This document shows positions 19,433 through 28,969 of a stretch of 64,000 nucleotides of DNA, piece after piece; the stretch's first letter is position 1; each line of letters begins with the position of its first letter. This stretch comes from Chloroflexota bacterium. GTDB lineage: Bacteria > Chloroflexota > Limnocylindria > Limnocylindrales > CSP1-4. The position numbers were made by a program, and so were the translations under genes. The stretch covers positions 13,082-77,081 of the forward strand of contig SCUO01000074.1 in assembly GCA_004297395.1 (NCBI GenBank), in the 5' to 3' direction. The notes beneath the pieces are model-generated. The model was not told the DNA's origin, ran no database searches, and saw only the letters and a program-made list of their open reading frames with translations.

Positions 19433-19463
19433 CACGGCCCCTTCCCGGGGCCGTGTTCCATTT
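19433..19463 (+). terminator. Intrinsic terminator after the tRNA
   Basis: CACGGCCCC-TTCCC-GGGGCCGTG stem followed by TTCCATTT. Confidence 0.65.
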
Positions 19464-19643
19464 GTGGCGATTTCTTCGCCGCGATCCAACCTCGGCCGTC
19501 ATCCGTCGGCAGCGCGCCGTCCGTATGCTTGACGACGGGTCCGGCACGACCGTGCCGGCCGACGCGCTCCTCGGGCTCGCGGAAGCCCGACGCTATACTC
19601 GCCGCGGACCGGCCTGACGCCGGGCTCGCACCGGAGGCCATTC

Positions 19644-21605
19644 TTGAATCCCAGGCTCATGCGCAATGCGCTGCTGATGTTCGTGCTCGCCATCGGCGTC
19701 GCCGCGCTGCTCTACACGTGGCTCGGCCAGTCCACGGCCTCGCAGTCCGAGGGCTACGGCAAGTTCCTGAACGACGTGACCGCCGACAAGGTCTCGAAGG
19801 TCGTCCAGAAGGGCGACATCCTCACGATCACCACGACCGGCAATCCGGCCGCGACGTATACGGTCAACATCCCGCCGCTGCCGACCCTGACGAACGTCCT
19901 CGAGGACATGCGACGGGCGGCCGAATCCGATGGTGGGACCTTCAACCCCGGGATCTACGAGACCCAGCCCGCGCCCGACAACTCGTGGGTCGGCCTGCTC
20001 CTGACGGCGGTCCTGCCGCTCCTCGTCATCGGCGGCTTCATCTTCTTCATGATGCGCCAGGCCCAGGGGACCAATAACCAGGCCCTCAGCTTCGGCAAGA
20101 GCCGGGCCCGGATGTTCCTCGGCAACAAGACCGTCGTGACGTTCGCCGACGTCGCCGGCGTGGACGAGGCCAAGACCGAGCTCCAGGAAGTCGTCGAGTT
20201 CCTGAAGTACCCCGAGAAGTTCAACACCCTGGGCGCCCGCATCCCGCGGGGCGTGCTCCTCGTGGGTCCTCCCGGCACCGGCAAGACGCTCATGGCCCGA
20301 GCCGTGGCCGGCGAGGCCGGCGTGCCGTTCTTCAGCATCTCGGGCTCCGAGTTCGTCGAGATGTTCGTCGGCGTCGGCGCCAGCCGCGTCCGCGACCTGT
20401 TCGACCAGGCCAAGCGCAACTCGCCGTGCATCGTCTTCGTCGACGAGATCGACGCGGTCGGGCGCCAGCGCGGCGCCGGCCTCGGCGGCTCCCACGACGA
20501 GCGCGAGCAGACCCTCAACCAGATCCTCGTCGAGATGGACGGCTTCGACACGAACACCAACGTCATCGTGGTGGCCGCCACCAACCGCCCCGACGTCCTC
20601 GACCCGGCGCTGCTGCGCCCGGGTCGGTTCGACCGCCAGGTCATCCTGGACCGGCCGGACATGAAGGGCCGGGTCGCGATCCTGCGGGTCCACATCAAGG
20701 GCAAGCCGCTCGACAAGAACGTCTCGATCGAGGACTTGTCGCGCCAGTCGCCCGGGTTCTCGGGCGCGGACCTCGCGAACCTCGTCAACGAGGGCGCGAT
20801 CCTGGCAGCTCGCCGCAACCGCAAGACGATCGGGATGTCCGAGTTCGAAGAGGCCCTCGAGCGGATCGTGGCCGGTCCCGAGCGGAAGTCGCGGATCATC
20901 TCGGACGCCGAGAAGCTGATCATCGCCTACCACGAGGGCGGCCACGCCGTCGTCCAGCGGGTCCTGCCCAAGTGCGACCCGGTCAGCAAGGTCACGATCG
21001 TCAGCCGGGGCATGGCCCTCGGCTACACCATGGCCCTGCCGAGCGAGGATCGCTACCTCCAGTCGAAGAGCGAATTCGAGGACAAGCTGGCCGGCCTGCT
21101 CGGCGGCAACGCCTCGGAGCGGATGATCTTCGGCGACACGACCACCGGCTCCTCGAACGACATCGAGAAGGCGACGACCCTCGCCCGGCGGATGGTCACC
21201 GAGTTCGGGATGAGCGACCGCCTTGGACCGTTGTCGTTCGGCAAGCGCGACGAGCTCGTCTTCCTGGGCCGCGAGATCGGCGAGCAGCGCAACTACTCGG
21301 ACGAGATCGCGAAGCAGATCGACGAAGAGGTCCGGGCGATCATCGACCGGGCCTACGAGCGGGCCACCCACGTGCTCGAGACGCATCGCGACCGGCTCGA
21401 AGCCCTGGCCCAGAAGCTGATCGCGGAAGAGACGGTCGATGGCGAAGGCTTCGAATCGCTCTTCGCCGACCTGCCGCCGAAGGAGAACCTCCACGGCCTC
21501 GGGCCGCGCCGCCCGGAGCCGCCCGCGGCGCCGACCGCGCCCGCCGGCGCCGCGCCCAAGCCGGATGTGCCGCCGTCGTCGGCGCCGGCTCCCAATCCGG
21601 CCTGA
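19644..21605 (+). CDS. ftsH: ATP-dependent zinc metalloprotease FtsH
   Basis: Two TMs, [29 protein letters not shown]; TTG start after GGAGG; TATACT at 19594-19599. Confidence 0.97.
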   Translation: MNPRLMRNALLMFVLAIGVAALLYTWLGQSTASQSEGYGKFLNDVTADKVSKVVQKGDILTITTTGNPAATYTVNIPPLPTLTNVLEDMRRAAESDGGTFNPGIYETQPAPDNSWVGLLLTAVLPLLVIGGFIFFMMRQAQGTNNQALSFGKSRARMFLGNKTVVTFADVAGVDEAKTELQEVVEFLKYPEKFNTLGARIPRGVLLVGPPGTGKTLMARAVAGEAGVPFFSISGSEFVEMFVGVGASRVRDLFDQAKRNSPCIVFVDEIDAVGRQRGAGLGGSHDEREQTLNQILVEMDGFDTNTNVIVVAATNRPDVLDPALLRPGRFDRQVILDRPDMKGRVAILRVHIKGKPLDKNVSIEDLSRQSPGFSGADLANLVNEGAILAARRNRKTIGMSEFEEALERIVAGPERKSRIISDAEKLIIAYHEGGHAVVQRVLPKCDPVSKVTIVSRGMALGYTMALPSEDRYLQSKSEFEDKLAGLLGGNASERMIFGDTTTGSSNDIEKATTLARRMVTEFGMSDRLGPLSFGKRDELVFLGREIGEQRNYSDEIAKQIDEEVRAIIDRAYERATHVLETHRDRLEALAQKLIAEETVDGEGFESLFADLPPKENLHGLGPRRPEPPAAPTAPAGAAPKPDVPPSSAPAPNPA

Positions 21606-21681
21606 TCCGCAGGCCCCAGAACACGTCGAACAGCATCGGCCGGTGGTCCACGGACCGCCGGCCGAACCATGTGGAGAGCCG

Positions 21682-23106
21682 ATGACGACTCCTGATCCAG
21701 CCCTGGACCTTGCCCCGGACATGGTCGTCGACCCCGCGGTCGAGGCGCACCTCGCGGCGACCCGCGAGGCGCGGCTTGCCTCGTATTTCGAGCTCCTCCG
21801 GATCCCGAGCGTCTCGACGCTCCCGGAGCACGCCGGCGACATGCGCGCCGCCGCGGCCTGGATCGCCGCCGAGCTGGCGCGAATCGGCTTCGAGCACGCC
21901 GAGGCCAGCCCGACCCCCGGCCACCCGGTCGTCTATGCCGACTGGCTCCACGCCGAGGGCGCCCCGACCGTCATCGTCTACTGCCACTACGACGTCCAGC
22001 CGGTCGATCCCATCGAGCTGTGGGAGACTGCGCCGTTCGAGCCGTTCGTCCGCGACGGGCGGGTGATCGGGCGTGGCTCGGCTGACGACAAGGGCCAGCT
22101 CCACATGCACCTCCGGGCGGCCGAGGCCCTCTTCGCGACGCGAGGCCGGCTGCCGCTCAACCTCCGGGTCGTCTTCGAGGGCGAGGAGGAGGCCTCCTCG
22201 TCGAGCATGCCCGGCTGGCTCGAGGCCAACCGCCACCGCCTCGCCGCCGATGTCGTGGCCGTCACCGACACGGGCTTCTTCGAAGGCAACATCCCGGCCA
22301 TCACCGAATCGCTCCGGGGCATCCTGTACACCCAGATCGACGTCAGCGGGCCGCCGACGGACGTCCACTCCGGGTCCTACGGCGGCAACGTCGAGAACCC
22401 GGCCAACGCCCTGGCCCGGATCATTGCCGAGCTCAAGGACCGGAACGGCCTGGTCCAGGTGCCGGGCTTCTACGACGACGTCGTCCCGGTCGACCCCGCC
22501 GTCCGGGCCCGCCTCGCGGCCCTGCCCTTCGACGAGGCCGCCTACCTCGCGCGGATCGGCGTCCCGGCCCTCGCCGGGGAGGCGGCCTACACCGTCCTCG
22601 AGCGCGAGGGCGCCCGGCCGACGCTCGATGTCAACGGGATCTGGGGCGGCTTCCAGGGCGACGGCGCCAAGACCATCATCCCGGCCCACGCCCACGCCAA
22701 GGTCAGCATGCGGCTCGTCGCCAACCAGGACCCGCTGCGGCTGTTCGAGCTGTTCCGGGCGCACGTCCTCGAGATCGCCCCGCCCGGTGTCCGGGTGGAA
22801 GTCCAGCGCCTCGGGACCGGCCGCCCGGTCTCGACCTCGGTCGATCAGCCGCTCGTCCGGGCGGTGGCGAAGGCCCTCCAAGCGACCTTCGGCCGGGAGC
22901 CGGTGTTCATGCGCAGCGGCGGCTCGATCCCGATCGCCGAGATGTTCGAGCAGCAGCTCGGCCTGCCGGTCGTGCTGATGGGCTTCACCAACCCCGACGA
23001 CAACGCCCACGCCCCGAACGAATCCATGGTCCTGGCCAACTACGAGACCGGGATCCGGACGATCTGCCTGCTGTGGGACATGCTCGGGCGGGACGGGCTG
23101 GAGTAG
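21682..23106 (+). CDS. M20/M25/M40 dipeptidase
   Basis: YCHYDVQP, GRGSADDKG, FEGEEE, DVHSG.YGG, HAPNE. Confidence 0.9.
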   Translation: MTTPDPALDLAPDMVVDPAVEAHLAATREARLASYFELLRIPSVSTLPEHAGDMRAAAAWIAAELARIGFEHAEASPTPGHPVVYADWLHAEGAPTVIVYCHYDVQPVDPIELWETAPFEPFVRDGRVIGRGSADDKGQLHMHLRAAEALFATRGRLPLNLRVVFEGEEEASSSSMPGWLEANRHRLAADVVAVTDTGFFEGNIPAITESLRGILYTQIDVSGPPTDVHSGSYGGNVENPANALARIIAELKDRNGLVQVPGFYDDVVPVDPAVRARLAALPFDEAAYLARIGVPALAGEAAYTVLEREGARPTLDVNGIWGGFQGDGAKTIIPAHAHAKVSMRLVANQDPLRLFELFRAHVLEIAPPGVRVEVQRLGTGRPVSTSVDQPLVRAVAKALQATFGREPVFMRSGGSIPIAEMFEQQLGLPVVLMGFTNPDDNAHAPNESMVLANYETGIRTICLLWDMLGRDGLE

Positions 23107-23269
23107 GACCCGGCGGGCGTGGCGGGCCCGAGCGGCCCGAACGAGGCCGGGACGAACGTTCCGGCCCGGTACCTTTGGGTGGGCCCGACTGGCCCACGGG
23201 GCGGGTGGCGCCCGGAGTCGCGGTGCTACGATGCGGCGACGGGATCCATTCGGGGAGGACCATGCACTC

Positions 23270-24349
23270 GTGACGACAGAGGCGAACGCGCCCGCCGAGG
23301 CGGGGGCCCGCGCGTGGCGGCTGGAGAGCGACACCGGGAGCATGGCTCCGCGGTCCGCCCTCGACGTCCTCGTGGACCTGAACGACAAGGTCGTCAGCGG
23401 CCAGCTCGGCGAGTACCAGCCGGTGCCGCTGGGCTTCACGCCGCTCGACAAGACGATCGGCACGGGCCTGCGCCCGGGTGAGCTGCTGCTCATCGGCGGC
23501 GCCCAGGGCACGGGCAAGACGACCATCGCGCTCCAGATGGCGCGGAACGTCGCAGCGTCGGGCCAGGCCAGCGTCCTGTACCTCTGCTTCGAGCACGACG
23601 AGCCGTATCTCCTGAACCGGCTGATCGCCCTCGAATCGGCGCTCGCCCACCTGCCCCAGAAGACCGGCGCGATCAAGATCCAGGATGTCCGCAAGGAAAT
23701 CCTCGGGACGTGGTCATCGGCCGGCACCGAGGCGCCCAACCTGGCCAACAACCCGCGCCTCCGGCCGTCCCTCGACCGGATCGCGCGCTACGGCCAGAAC
23801 CTGTTCCTGCTCCGGGGCTCGGCCACGGCCAGCACGATCGACAACATCCGCAAGCTCGTCCAGCAGTACCGCGAGCTGGCCGGCGGCCGACGCCTCATGG
23901 TGATCGTGGACTACCTCCAGAAGGTGCCCCAGATCCCCGAGCCGGACACGGAGTCGGAGAAGGTCACCTTCGTCGTCAACGGCCTCAAGGACATCGCCCT
24001 GTCCGAGGAGGTCCCGATGATCGCGATCGTGGCCGCCGACAAGGAGGGTCTGAAGGCCTCCCGCCTCCGGAACTTCCACCTGCGCGGCTCGTCGGCCATC
24101 AACTACGAGGCCGACATCATCCTGATCCTCAACGAGAAGTACCACATCGTCGCCAAGGTCAACATCGAGTTCAACCCGTACCAGGCGCAGCGGTTCCGGG
24201 ACTGGGTCATCGTCTCGGTCGAGAAGAACCGCGGCGGCCAGGACAACGTGGACCTTGAGTTCGAGAAGCACTTCGAGTACTCGTGCTTCGACCCGAACGG
24301 CCGCACGGTGCAGGAAAAGCTCATCGAGGAGCGCCTCTACAACGATTAG
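23270..24349 (+). CDS. Stand-alone DnaB-like (SF4/RecA-fold) ATPase lacking the DnaB N-terminal domain
   Basis: GF..LD...G.GL.PGEL, GAQGTGKT, VDYLQ, LRGSSAINYEAD, KNRGG; about 359 aa; GGGGAGG RBS. Confidence 0.8.
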   Translation: MTTEANAPAEAGARAWRLESDTGSMAPRSALDVLVDLNDKVVSGQLGEYQPVPLGFTPLDKTIGTGLRPGELLLIGGAQGTGKTTIALQMARNVAASGQASVLYLCFEHDEPYLLNRLIALESALAHLPQKTGAIKIQDVRKEILGTWSSAGTEAPNLANNPRLRPSLDRIARYGQNLFLLRGSATASTIDNIRKLVQQYRELAGGRRLMVIVDYLQKVPQIPEPDTESEKVTFVVNGLKDIALSEEVPMIAIVAADKEGLKASRLRNFHLRGSSAINYEADIILILNEKYHIVAKVNIEFNPYQAQRFRDWVIVSVEKNRGGQDNVDLEFEKHFEYSCFDPNGRTVQEKLIEERLYND

Positions 24350-25060
24350 CGCGGCGCCTTCACCGGCGTCGGCGTGCGTTGTCGGCTCCGCGCGCTCGCT
24401 CACGCACGTTTGCGTGCGCTCGCGATTCCTGCTCGCCTCCGCCTTCGGCGGCGCGCGGTGCAGGCGCCACGCGGTCTTTGAAGCGCTCGCTCCGGTGCTC
24501 GGCTCCGCCTTGCGCTGACGACGACTGAGCCGCTGATCGCAGACTTGTCACGTGCCATCGGGACGGGCATGTGAGCGGACCGGGTGACGAATTGCGGTTG
24601 GGATCGGGCGCGCGCCGATCCCGAACGTGCCGAGTCGCGCCGAATCCCTGGCCTGCGAGCTGCGATCCCGGCGCCCCGGCCTCAGTCGACGGCAGGCCCC
24701 GGTCGCGCGCCATCCCGGTGGGCAGATGGCGGCGAGGGCGCGACGTGGGCGTTCGAGTCGGCCCCGCCAGCATGCCGCACCGGGGCCAGGGCGCCGGCGA
24801 CCGAACGCGCCCGCCGATCGGTGTGATCCGCGCCGGCGTTCCGTCGCCGACTCGGAATCTCGCCGCCTACTCGTGGTGGGATTGGTAGGTGTGCGATCGG
24901 CCGCCGTCGATGGCCGGGCGTGGCGGGCTGAAGGTGGGACACGGGCCGTCGGCGGGCAGCAGGGCCCAAGCCTGGAACTTCCACTCGCCCGGTGAGTAGG
25001 AGGCGGCGATCCCCGGACCGCGAGCGCGCCGCCACCCAGCGCCGCATCAGGCTCGTCGGC
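24350..25060. other. Long multi-hairpin intergenic region (REP-like repeats and/or structured RNA)
   Basis: No credible ORF; several imperfect inverted repeats (see findings). Confidence 0.5.
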
Positions 25061-25079
25061 CGCGGGGTAGAGTCCAGCC

Positions 25080-25598
25080 ATGCACAGCGCAGCCGAGTTC
25101 CCCGACCGCATCGAGGTCGTCGTCGAGATTCCGAGGGGCAGCCGGAACAAGTACGAGTTCGACGAGCGGGCCGGCGTCTTCCGCCTCGACCGGGTGCTCT
25201 CGTCGGCCGTCTACTACAACTTCGACTACGGCTTCATCGAGGGCACCCGGGCCGACGACGGCGACCACACCGACGCCCTCCTGATCATCGACGAGCCGAC
25301 CTTCACCGGCTGTCACGTCTGGGCCCGCCCGATCGGCGTCCTGGAGATGCGCGACGAGAAGGGCGCCGACTACAAGGTCCTGTGCGTGGCTGAGGGCGAC
25401 CCCCACCAGGCCCATATCGAGGCGCTCGAACAGATGCGCCCCCACCGGCTGGTCGAGATCGAGCATTTCTTCGAGACGTACAAGCTCCTCGAGGACAAGA
25501 CCGTCTCGGTCCTCGGCTGGCGTGGCCGGGAGCGGGCGCAGGAGATCCTCCGAATCGATCGCGAGGCCTGGCTCCGGGAGCAGGGCGAGGACCGCTGA
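25080..25598 (+). CDS. ppa: Inorganic pyrophosphatase (family I)
   Basis: EIPRGSRNKYE, LDR, YGFI..T..DDGD..DAL, IEHFFETYK. Confidence 0.93.
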   Translation: MHSAAEFPDRIEVVVEIPRGSRNKYEFDERAGVFRLDRVLSSAVYYNFDYGFIEGTRADDGDHTDALLIIDEPTFTGCHVWARPIGVLEMRDEKGADYKVLCVAEGDPHQAHIEALEQMRPHRLVEIEHFFETYKLLEDKTVSVLGWRGRERAQEILRIDREAWLREQGEDR

Positions 25599-25602
25599 CG
25601 CG

Positions 25603-26229
25603 ATGCACGGCCGGGACGATCGCCGGGGCGCCGGCCCCGGTGGCCAGGACGTGCCGCGCCTGTTCGTGGCCGTGCCGGTCCCGCCCGAGGTGGGGGAGGC
25701 GATCGGCCGGGTCATCGGCGAGGTCCGGGCAGCGCTCGGCGAGGACGGCCGGCGGATCCGCTGGGTCCAGCTCGAAGGGCTCCACGTGACCCTGCGGTTC
25801 CTCGGCCCGACGCCCTCCGATCGCGTGCCGCTCGTCATGGCCGCTCTCGACCGGGCGGTGGACGGCGAGCCACCGTTCGAGGTTCGCCTCGCGGACGCGG
25901 GCGCTTTTCCGAGCGCCGATCGCCCACGGGCGCTGTGGCTCGGCATCCTCCGCGGCGCCGATTCCATGGGCCGACTCGCCGCTGCCCTGGAAGTCGAGCT
26001 GCGGGCCGCCGGCTGGACGATGGAGACCCGACCGTTCCGGCCCCACATGACCATCGCCAGGACCGACGGGGCTCGAGGCGGGCCGGCCGCGGCCGTGGCC
26101 CTGGATCGGGCGGCGGCCGGGTTGGATGTGGGGTTCACCGCTGCCGACGTGGTGCTCTACCGGAGCCACCTCGGTTCAGGCCCGGCCCGCTACGAGGTTC
26201 TCCACCGGGCGCCCCTGGCCCGAGCTTGA
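25603..26229 (+). CDS. thpR: RNA 2',3'-cyclic phosphodiesterase (2H family)
   Basis: RLFVA, HVTLRFLG and PHMTIAR (two HxT motifs), RALW.G. Confidence 0.9.
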   Translation: MHGRDDRRGAGPGGQDVPRLFVAVPVPPEVGEAIGRVIGEVRAALGEDGRRIRWVQLEGLHVTLRFLGPTPSDRVPLVMAALDRAVDGEPPFEVRLADAGAFPSADRPRALWLGILRGADSMGRLAAALEVELRAAGWTMETRPFRPHMTIARTDGARGGPAAAVALDRAAAGLDVGFTAADVVLYRSHLGSGPARYEVLHRAPLARA

Positions 26230-26390
26230 ACGGCGCCGCAGCGGCCGGGCAGGCGCGCGAGACGAGCCAGCTCGGGGCCATGGACGGCGCGCCACGCGCG
26301 GAGCGCGGGCGCCGGGCCGGGGATCGCCCGCCCTGCTAGGATTCAGGCATTCGATCGTCGTCGGGGACCGACCGAGGAGCCATATCGAGC

Positions 26391-27056
26391 GTGACCGGCC
26401 CGCAGCGCATTCGCCTGGTTTTCGCACTCGGGGCCCTCAACATCATCCTTGCGACGGTTGCGCTGGGACTCGCCGGCACCATCCCTCCAACTGATCAGAC
26501 GGCCCGGGCGACGGCTTCTCCGTCGGCGAGCGTCCCCCCGATCGCCGGCGGCTCGCCGGCGCCGAGCGGCGAACCCTTCGGACCCGAGCCCACAACCGGC
26601 CCAGAGCCGACACCCGAGCCTTCCGCGCCCGCCGAATCCGGAGCCCCCGAGCAGAACGCCACTCCCGGCCCGATCGCCGTCGCGAGCGGCGAGCCGCCCA
26701 TCGTTCGTCCGATCGGCGGCCAGCCGACCTCGCCGCCCGCAGGCGCCCCTCCGACATCGCCCCCGGCGGGCGTCCCGCCCACGTCGCCCCCGGCCACGCC
26801 GCCGCCGGCTCCGGCCCCGACGGCCGCGCCGGTCGACGGTGCGCCCTCGCCATCGACCATCCGGCCTCCCTGCCCAGGTACCGTCGAAGGCGCGCCGGGA
26901 CAGTCGAAGGGATCCGGAGACGCCTCTCGACCCTGCCGCGGTGGCGAAGGCAACGGTGGCCAGGGCGACTCGAGCGACGATCGAGGTCGCGGCGATGAGC
27001 GCGGCAGGACCATGGCCAACCCGTGTCGCGGGCGGGGTCGGCGCGACGTCGCGTAG
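26391..27056 (+). CDS. Pro/Ser/Thr-rich membrane-anchored or secreted hypothetical protein
   Basis: GAGGAG RBS, N-terminal hydrophobic helix, PEPT and PPTSPP repeats. Confidence 0.6.
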   Translation: MTGPQRIRLVFALGALNIILATVALGLAGTIPPTDQTARATASPSASVPPIAGGSPAPSGEPFGPEPTTGPEPTPEPSAPAESGAPEQNATPGPIAVASGEPPIVRPIGGQPTSPPAGAPPTSPPAGVPPTSPPATPPPAPAPTAAPVDGAPSPSTIRPPCPGTVEGAPGQSKGSGDASRPCRGGEGNGGQGDSSDDRGRGDERGRTMANPCRGRGRRDVA

Positions 27057-27094
27057 GATCGGGGTGGTCAAACCACCCGCACACGTGAGCGCGC

Positions 27095-27376
27095 ATGCCT
27101 AGGATCGTCTGCCGCAGCTGCGGACGGGAGATCTACACCACCGCCCCGATCGAGCAGCTCTTCGCCGACGAGCGCCGCTGCCCGCGCTGCGGGGCGTCGC
27201 TCCAGGACGACCGTCGTGACAATGAGCGACGGCTGAACATCCGCCGGCTGAATCCCCAGGATGACCCCGGCCCGCCGCCCGAGGAGACCGAGCGCCGGAT
27301 CGACGAGCGGCGCAAGGTTCGTCGTCGCCGTGGCGACAGCGGCCCGACCGGCAAGGACGCGGGCTGGATCGAGTGA
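27095..27376 (+). CDS. Small zinc-ribbon protein with Arg-rich (D/E)RR repeats
   Basis: CRSC...CPRC; DRR/ERR/IRR/ERR/ERR; TGA overlaps the tyrA GTG. Confidence 0.75.
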   Translation: MPRIVCRSCGREIYTTAPIEQLFADERRCPRCGASLQDDRRDNERRLNIRRLNPQDDPGPPPEETERRIDERRKVRRRRGDSGPTGKDAGWIE

Positions 27377-28290
27377 CCGCCGGCCCACCCCAGAGGATCG
27401 CGTTCCTCGGCTTCGGGCTGATCGCGGGGTCGATGGCCCGCGCGCTTGCTGCCGGGCGGGGCGGCGACCCGGTGCCGGACCTCGTGGGCTGGAGCCCCAC
27501 CAACGCCGGACCGGAGGCAGCCGTCCGCGACGGCGTCCTGGCCACCGCGGCCACGAGCCCTGCAGCCGCGATCGAGGGCGCCGATCTCGTCGTCCTCGCC
27601 GCGCCGCCGCTCGAGACGGTCGGCCTCGTCGAGGCGCTCGGCGGCTCGCTCCGGGCGGCCCTCCCGCCGGAAGCGGTCGTCACCGACGTGGCCAGCACCA
27701 AGGCGGCCATCGTTGCCGCGGCGGACGCAGCCGGGCTGCGTTTCGTCGGCGGCCACCCGATGGCCGGTCGCGAGGTCGCCGGCTACGAGAGCTCGGTCCC
27801 GGATCTGTTTGCCGGCCGGCCATGGGTCCTGGTGGCTGGCGCGACCGCCGATGCGGCAGCCCTCGATCGAGTGGCAGCGGTCGTGGGCGCCTGCGGCGGG
27901 CGGCCGGTCCGGATGGACGCGGCAACGCACGATGCCGCGGTGGCCGCGATCAGCCACCTGCCGCTCGTCGTCTCGGCGGCCCTCGCCGAGGCCGTCGCGG
28001 GCGCTGGGATCGAGCGCCCGGGCTGGGCCGCCGCCGCCCCCCTGGCCGCCTCGGGCTGGCGCGACATGACCCGCCTGGCGCGCGGCGACGTCCGGATGGG
28101 GGCCGGCATCGCGGCAACGAACCCCGGGGCGCTGGCCAGGGGCCTGCACGACCTGCGCGACGTGCTCGACGCCTGGATCGCCGAGCTCGAGCGAGCGGGT
28201 GGGCCGGATCCGGACCGGATCCAGGCCCGTTTGCGGGCCGTCCGCGAGCGGCTTGGAGGGCTCGGCAGCAACCCGCCGGACCGGCCGTGA
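27373..28290 (+). CDS. tyrA: Prephenate/arogenate dehydrogenase
   Basis: LGFGLIAGS, TDVASTK, GGHPMAG.E, HD..VA.ISHLP, RDMTRLA. Confidence 0.88.
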   Translation: MTAGPPQRIAFLGFGLIAGSMARALAAGRGGDPVPDLVGWSPTNAGPEAAVRDGVLATAATSPAAAIEGADLVVLAAPPLETVGLVEALGGSLRAALPPEAVVTDVASTKAAIVAAADAAGLRFVGGHPMAGREVAGYESSVPDLFAGRPWVLVAGATADAAALDRVAAVVGACGGRPVRMDAATHDAAVAAISHLPLVVSAALAEAVAGAGIERPGWAAAAPLAASGWRDMTRLARGDVRMGAGIAATNPGALARGLHDLRDVLDAWIAELERAGGPDPDRIQARLRAVRERLGGLGSNPPDRP

Positions 28291-28931
28291 GCCAGGTGGA
28301 GGCGGAAGAGCTCGTCCTCGTCGTGCCCCGCTCGGCCGTGATGGGCGATCCGGGCTGGCACGGCGTCCGGACCGACGATCTCGACGGCTTCGCCGAGCTC
28401 GTGGCCCGCGAGGGCCGCTTCGTCCCGCGATCGGACGCGGAGCAGGACCGATCGATCAAGCAGGTCGTGCCGTACCTGATCCTTCGCGATGGCTCCCGGA
28501 CCTTCCTCATGCGCCGGACGCGGGCCGGGGCCGACGCCCGCCTCCACGACCGCTTCTCGATCGGGGTGGGTGGCCACCTCAACCCGGGTGACGGCGACCT
28601 GGCCGCAGGCCTGCGGCGCGAGTGGGCCGAGGAGATCGAGGCGGGGTTCGTCCCGGACTTCCGCCTCGTGGGGCTGCTGAACGACGACACGACCGACGTC
28701 GGTTCGGTTCACCTGGGTGCCGTCTACCTAGCCGACGCCGAGGGCCGGCCCGTGGCGATCCGCGAAACCGACAAGCTGAGCGGCGCCTTCGCCGCGGCAG
28801 CGGACGTCTGGGCGGTGGTCGATCGGATGGAGACGTGGAGCCGGCTCGCCTGGGAGCACCTAGAGGTCGGTGACAGCCCGCCGTCCGCCGAACTGGCCGG
28901 GCGTTCAGGAGAGATGGCCCGGGGCAGCTGA
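28287..28931 (+). CDS. NUDIX-family phosphoesterase
   Basis: KQVVPY, RLH...SIGVGGH.NP.D, GLRREWAEE, NDD...VG.VHLG. Confidence 0.8.
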   Translation: MSQVEAEELVLVVPRSAVMGDPGWHGVRTDDLDGFAELVAREGRFVPRSDAEQDRSIKQVVPYLILRDGSRTFLMRRTRAGADARLHDRFSIGVGGHLNPGDGDLAAGLRREWAEEIEAGFVPDFRLVGLLNDDTTDVGSVHLGAVYLADAEGRPVAIRETDKLSGAFAAAADVWAVVDRMETWSRLAWEHLEVGDSPPSAELAGRSGEMARGS

Positions 28932-28969
28932 CCCGGCGGGTGCGATACTGCGGCTCGGAGGCCACCTCC

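Noticed and set aside
19346-19640. tRNA as island integration site; tRNA as initiator or Ile2
   Set aside because: No integrase or duplicated 3' end seen, and ftsH follows directly; G1 is paired and the acceptor looks like elongator Met (Ile2 not fully excluded)
23270-24349. DnaB-like gene as a prophage remnant
   Set aside because: Host-like codon usage, housekeeping neighbours, no other phage genes
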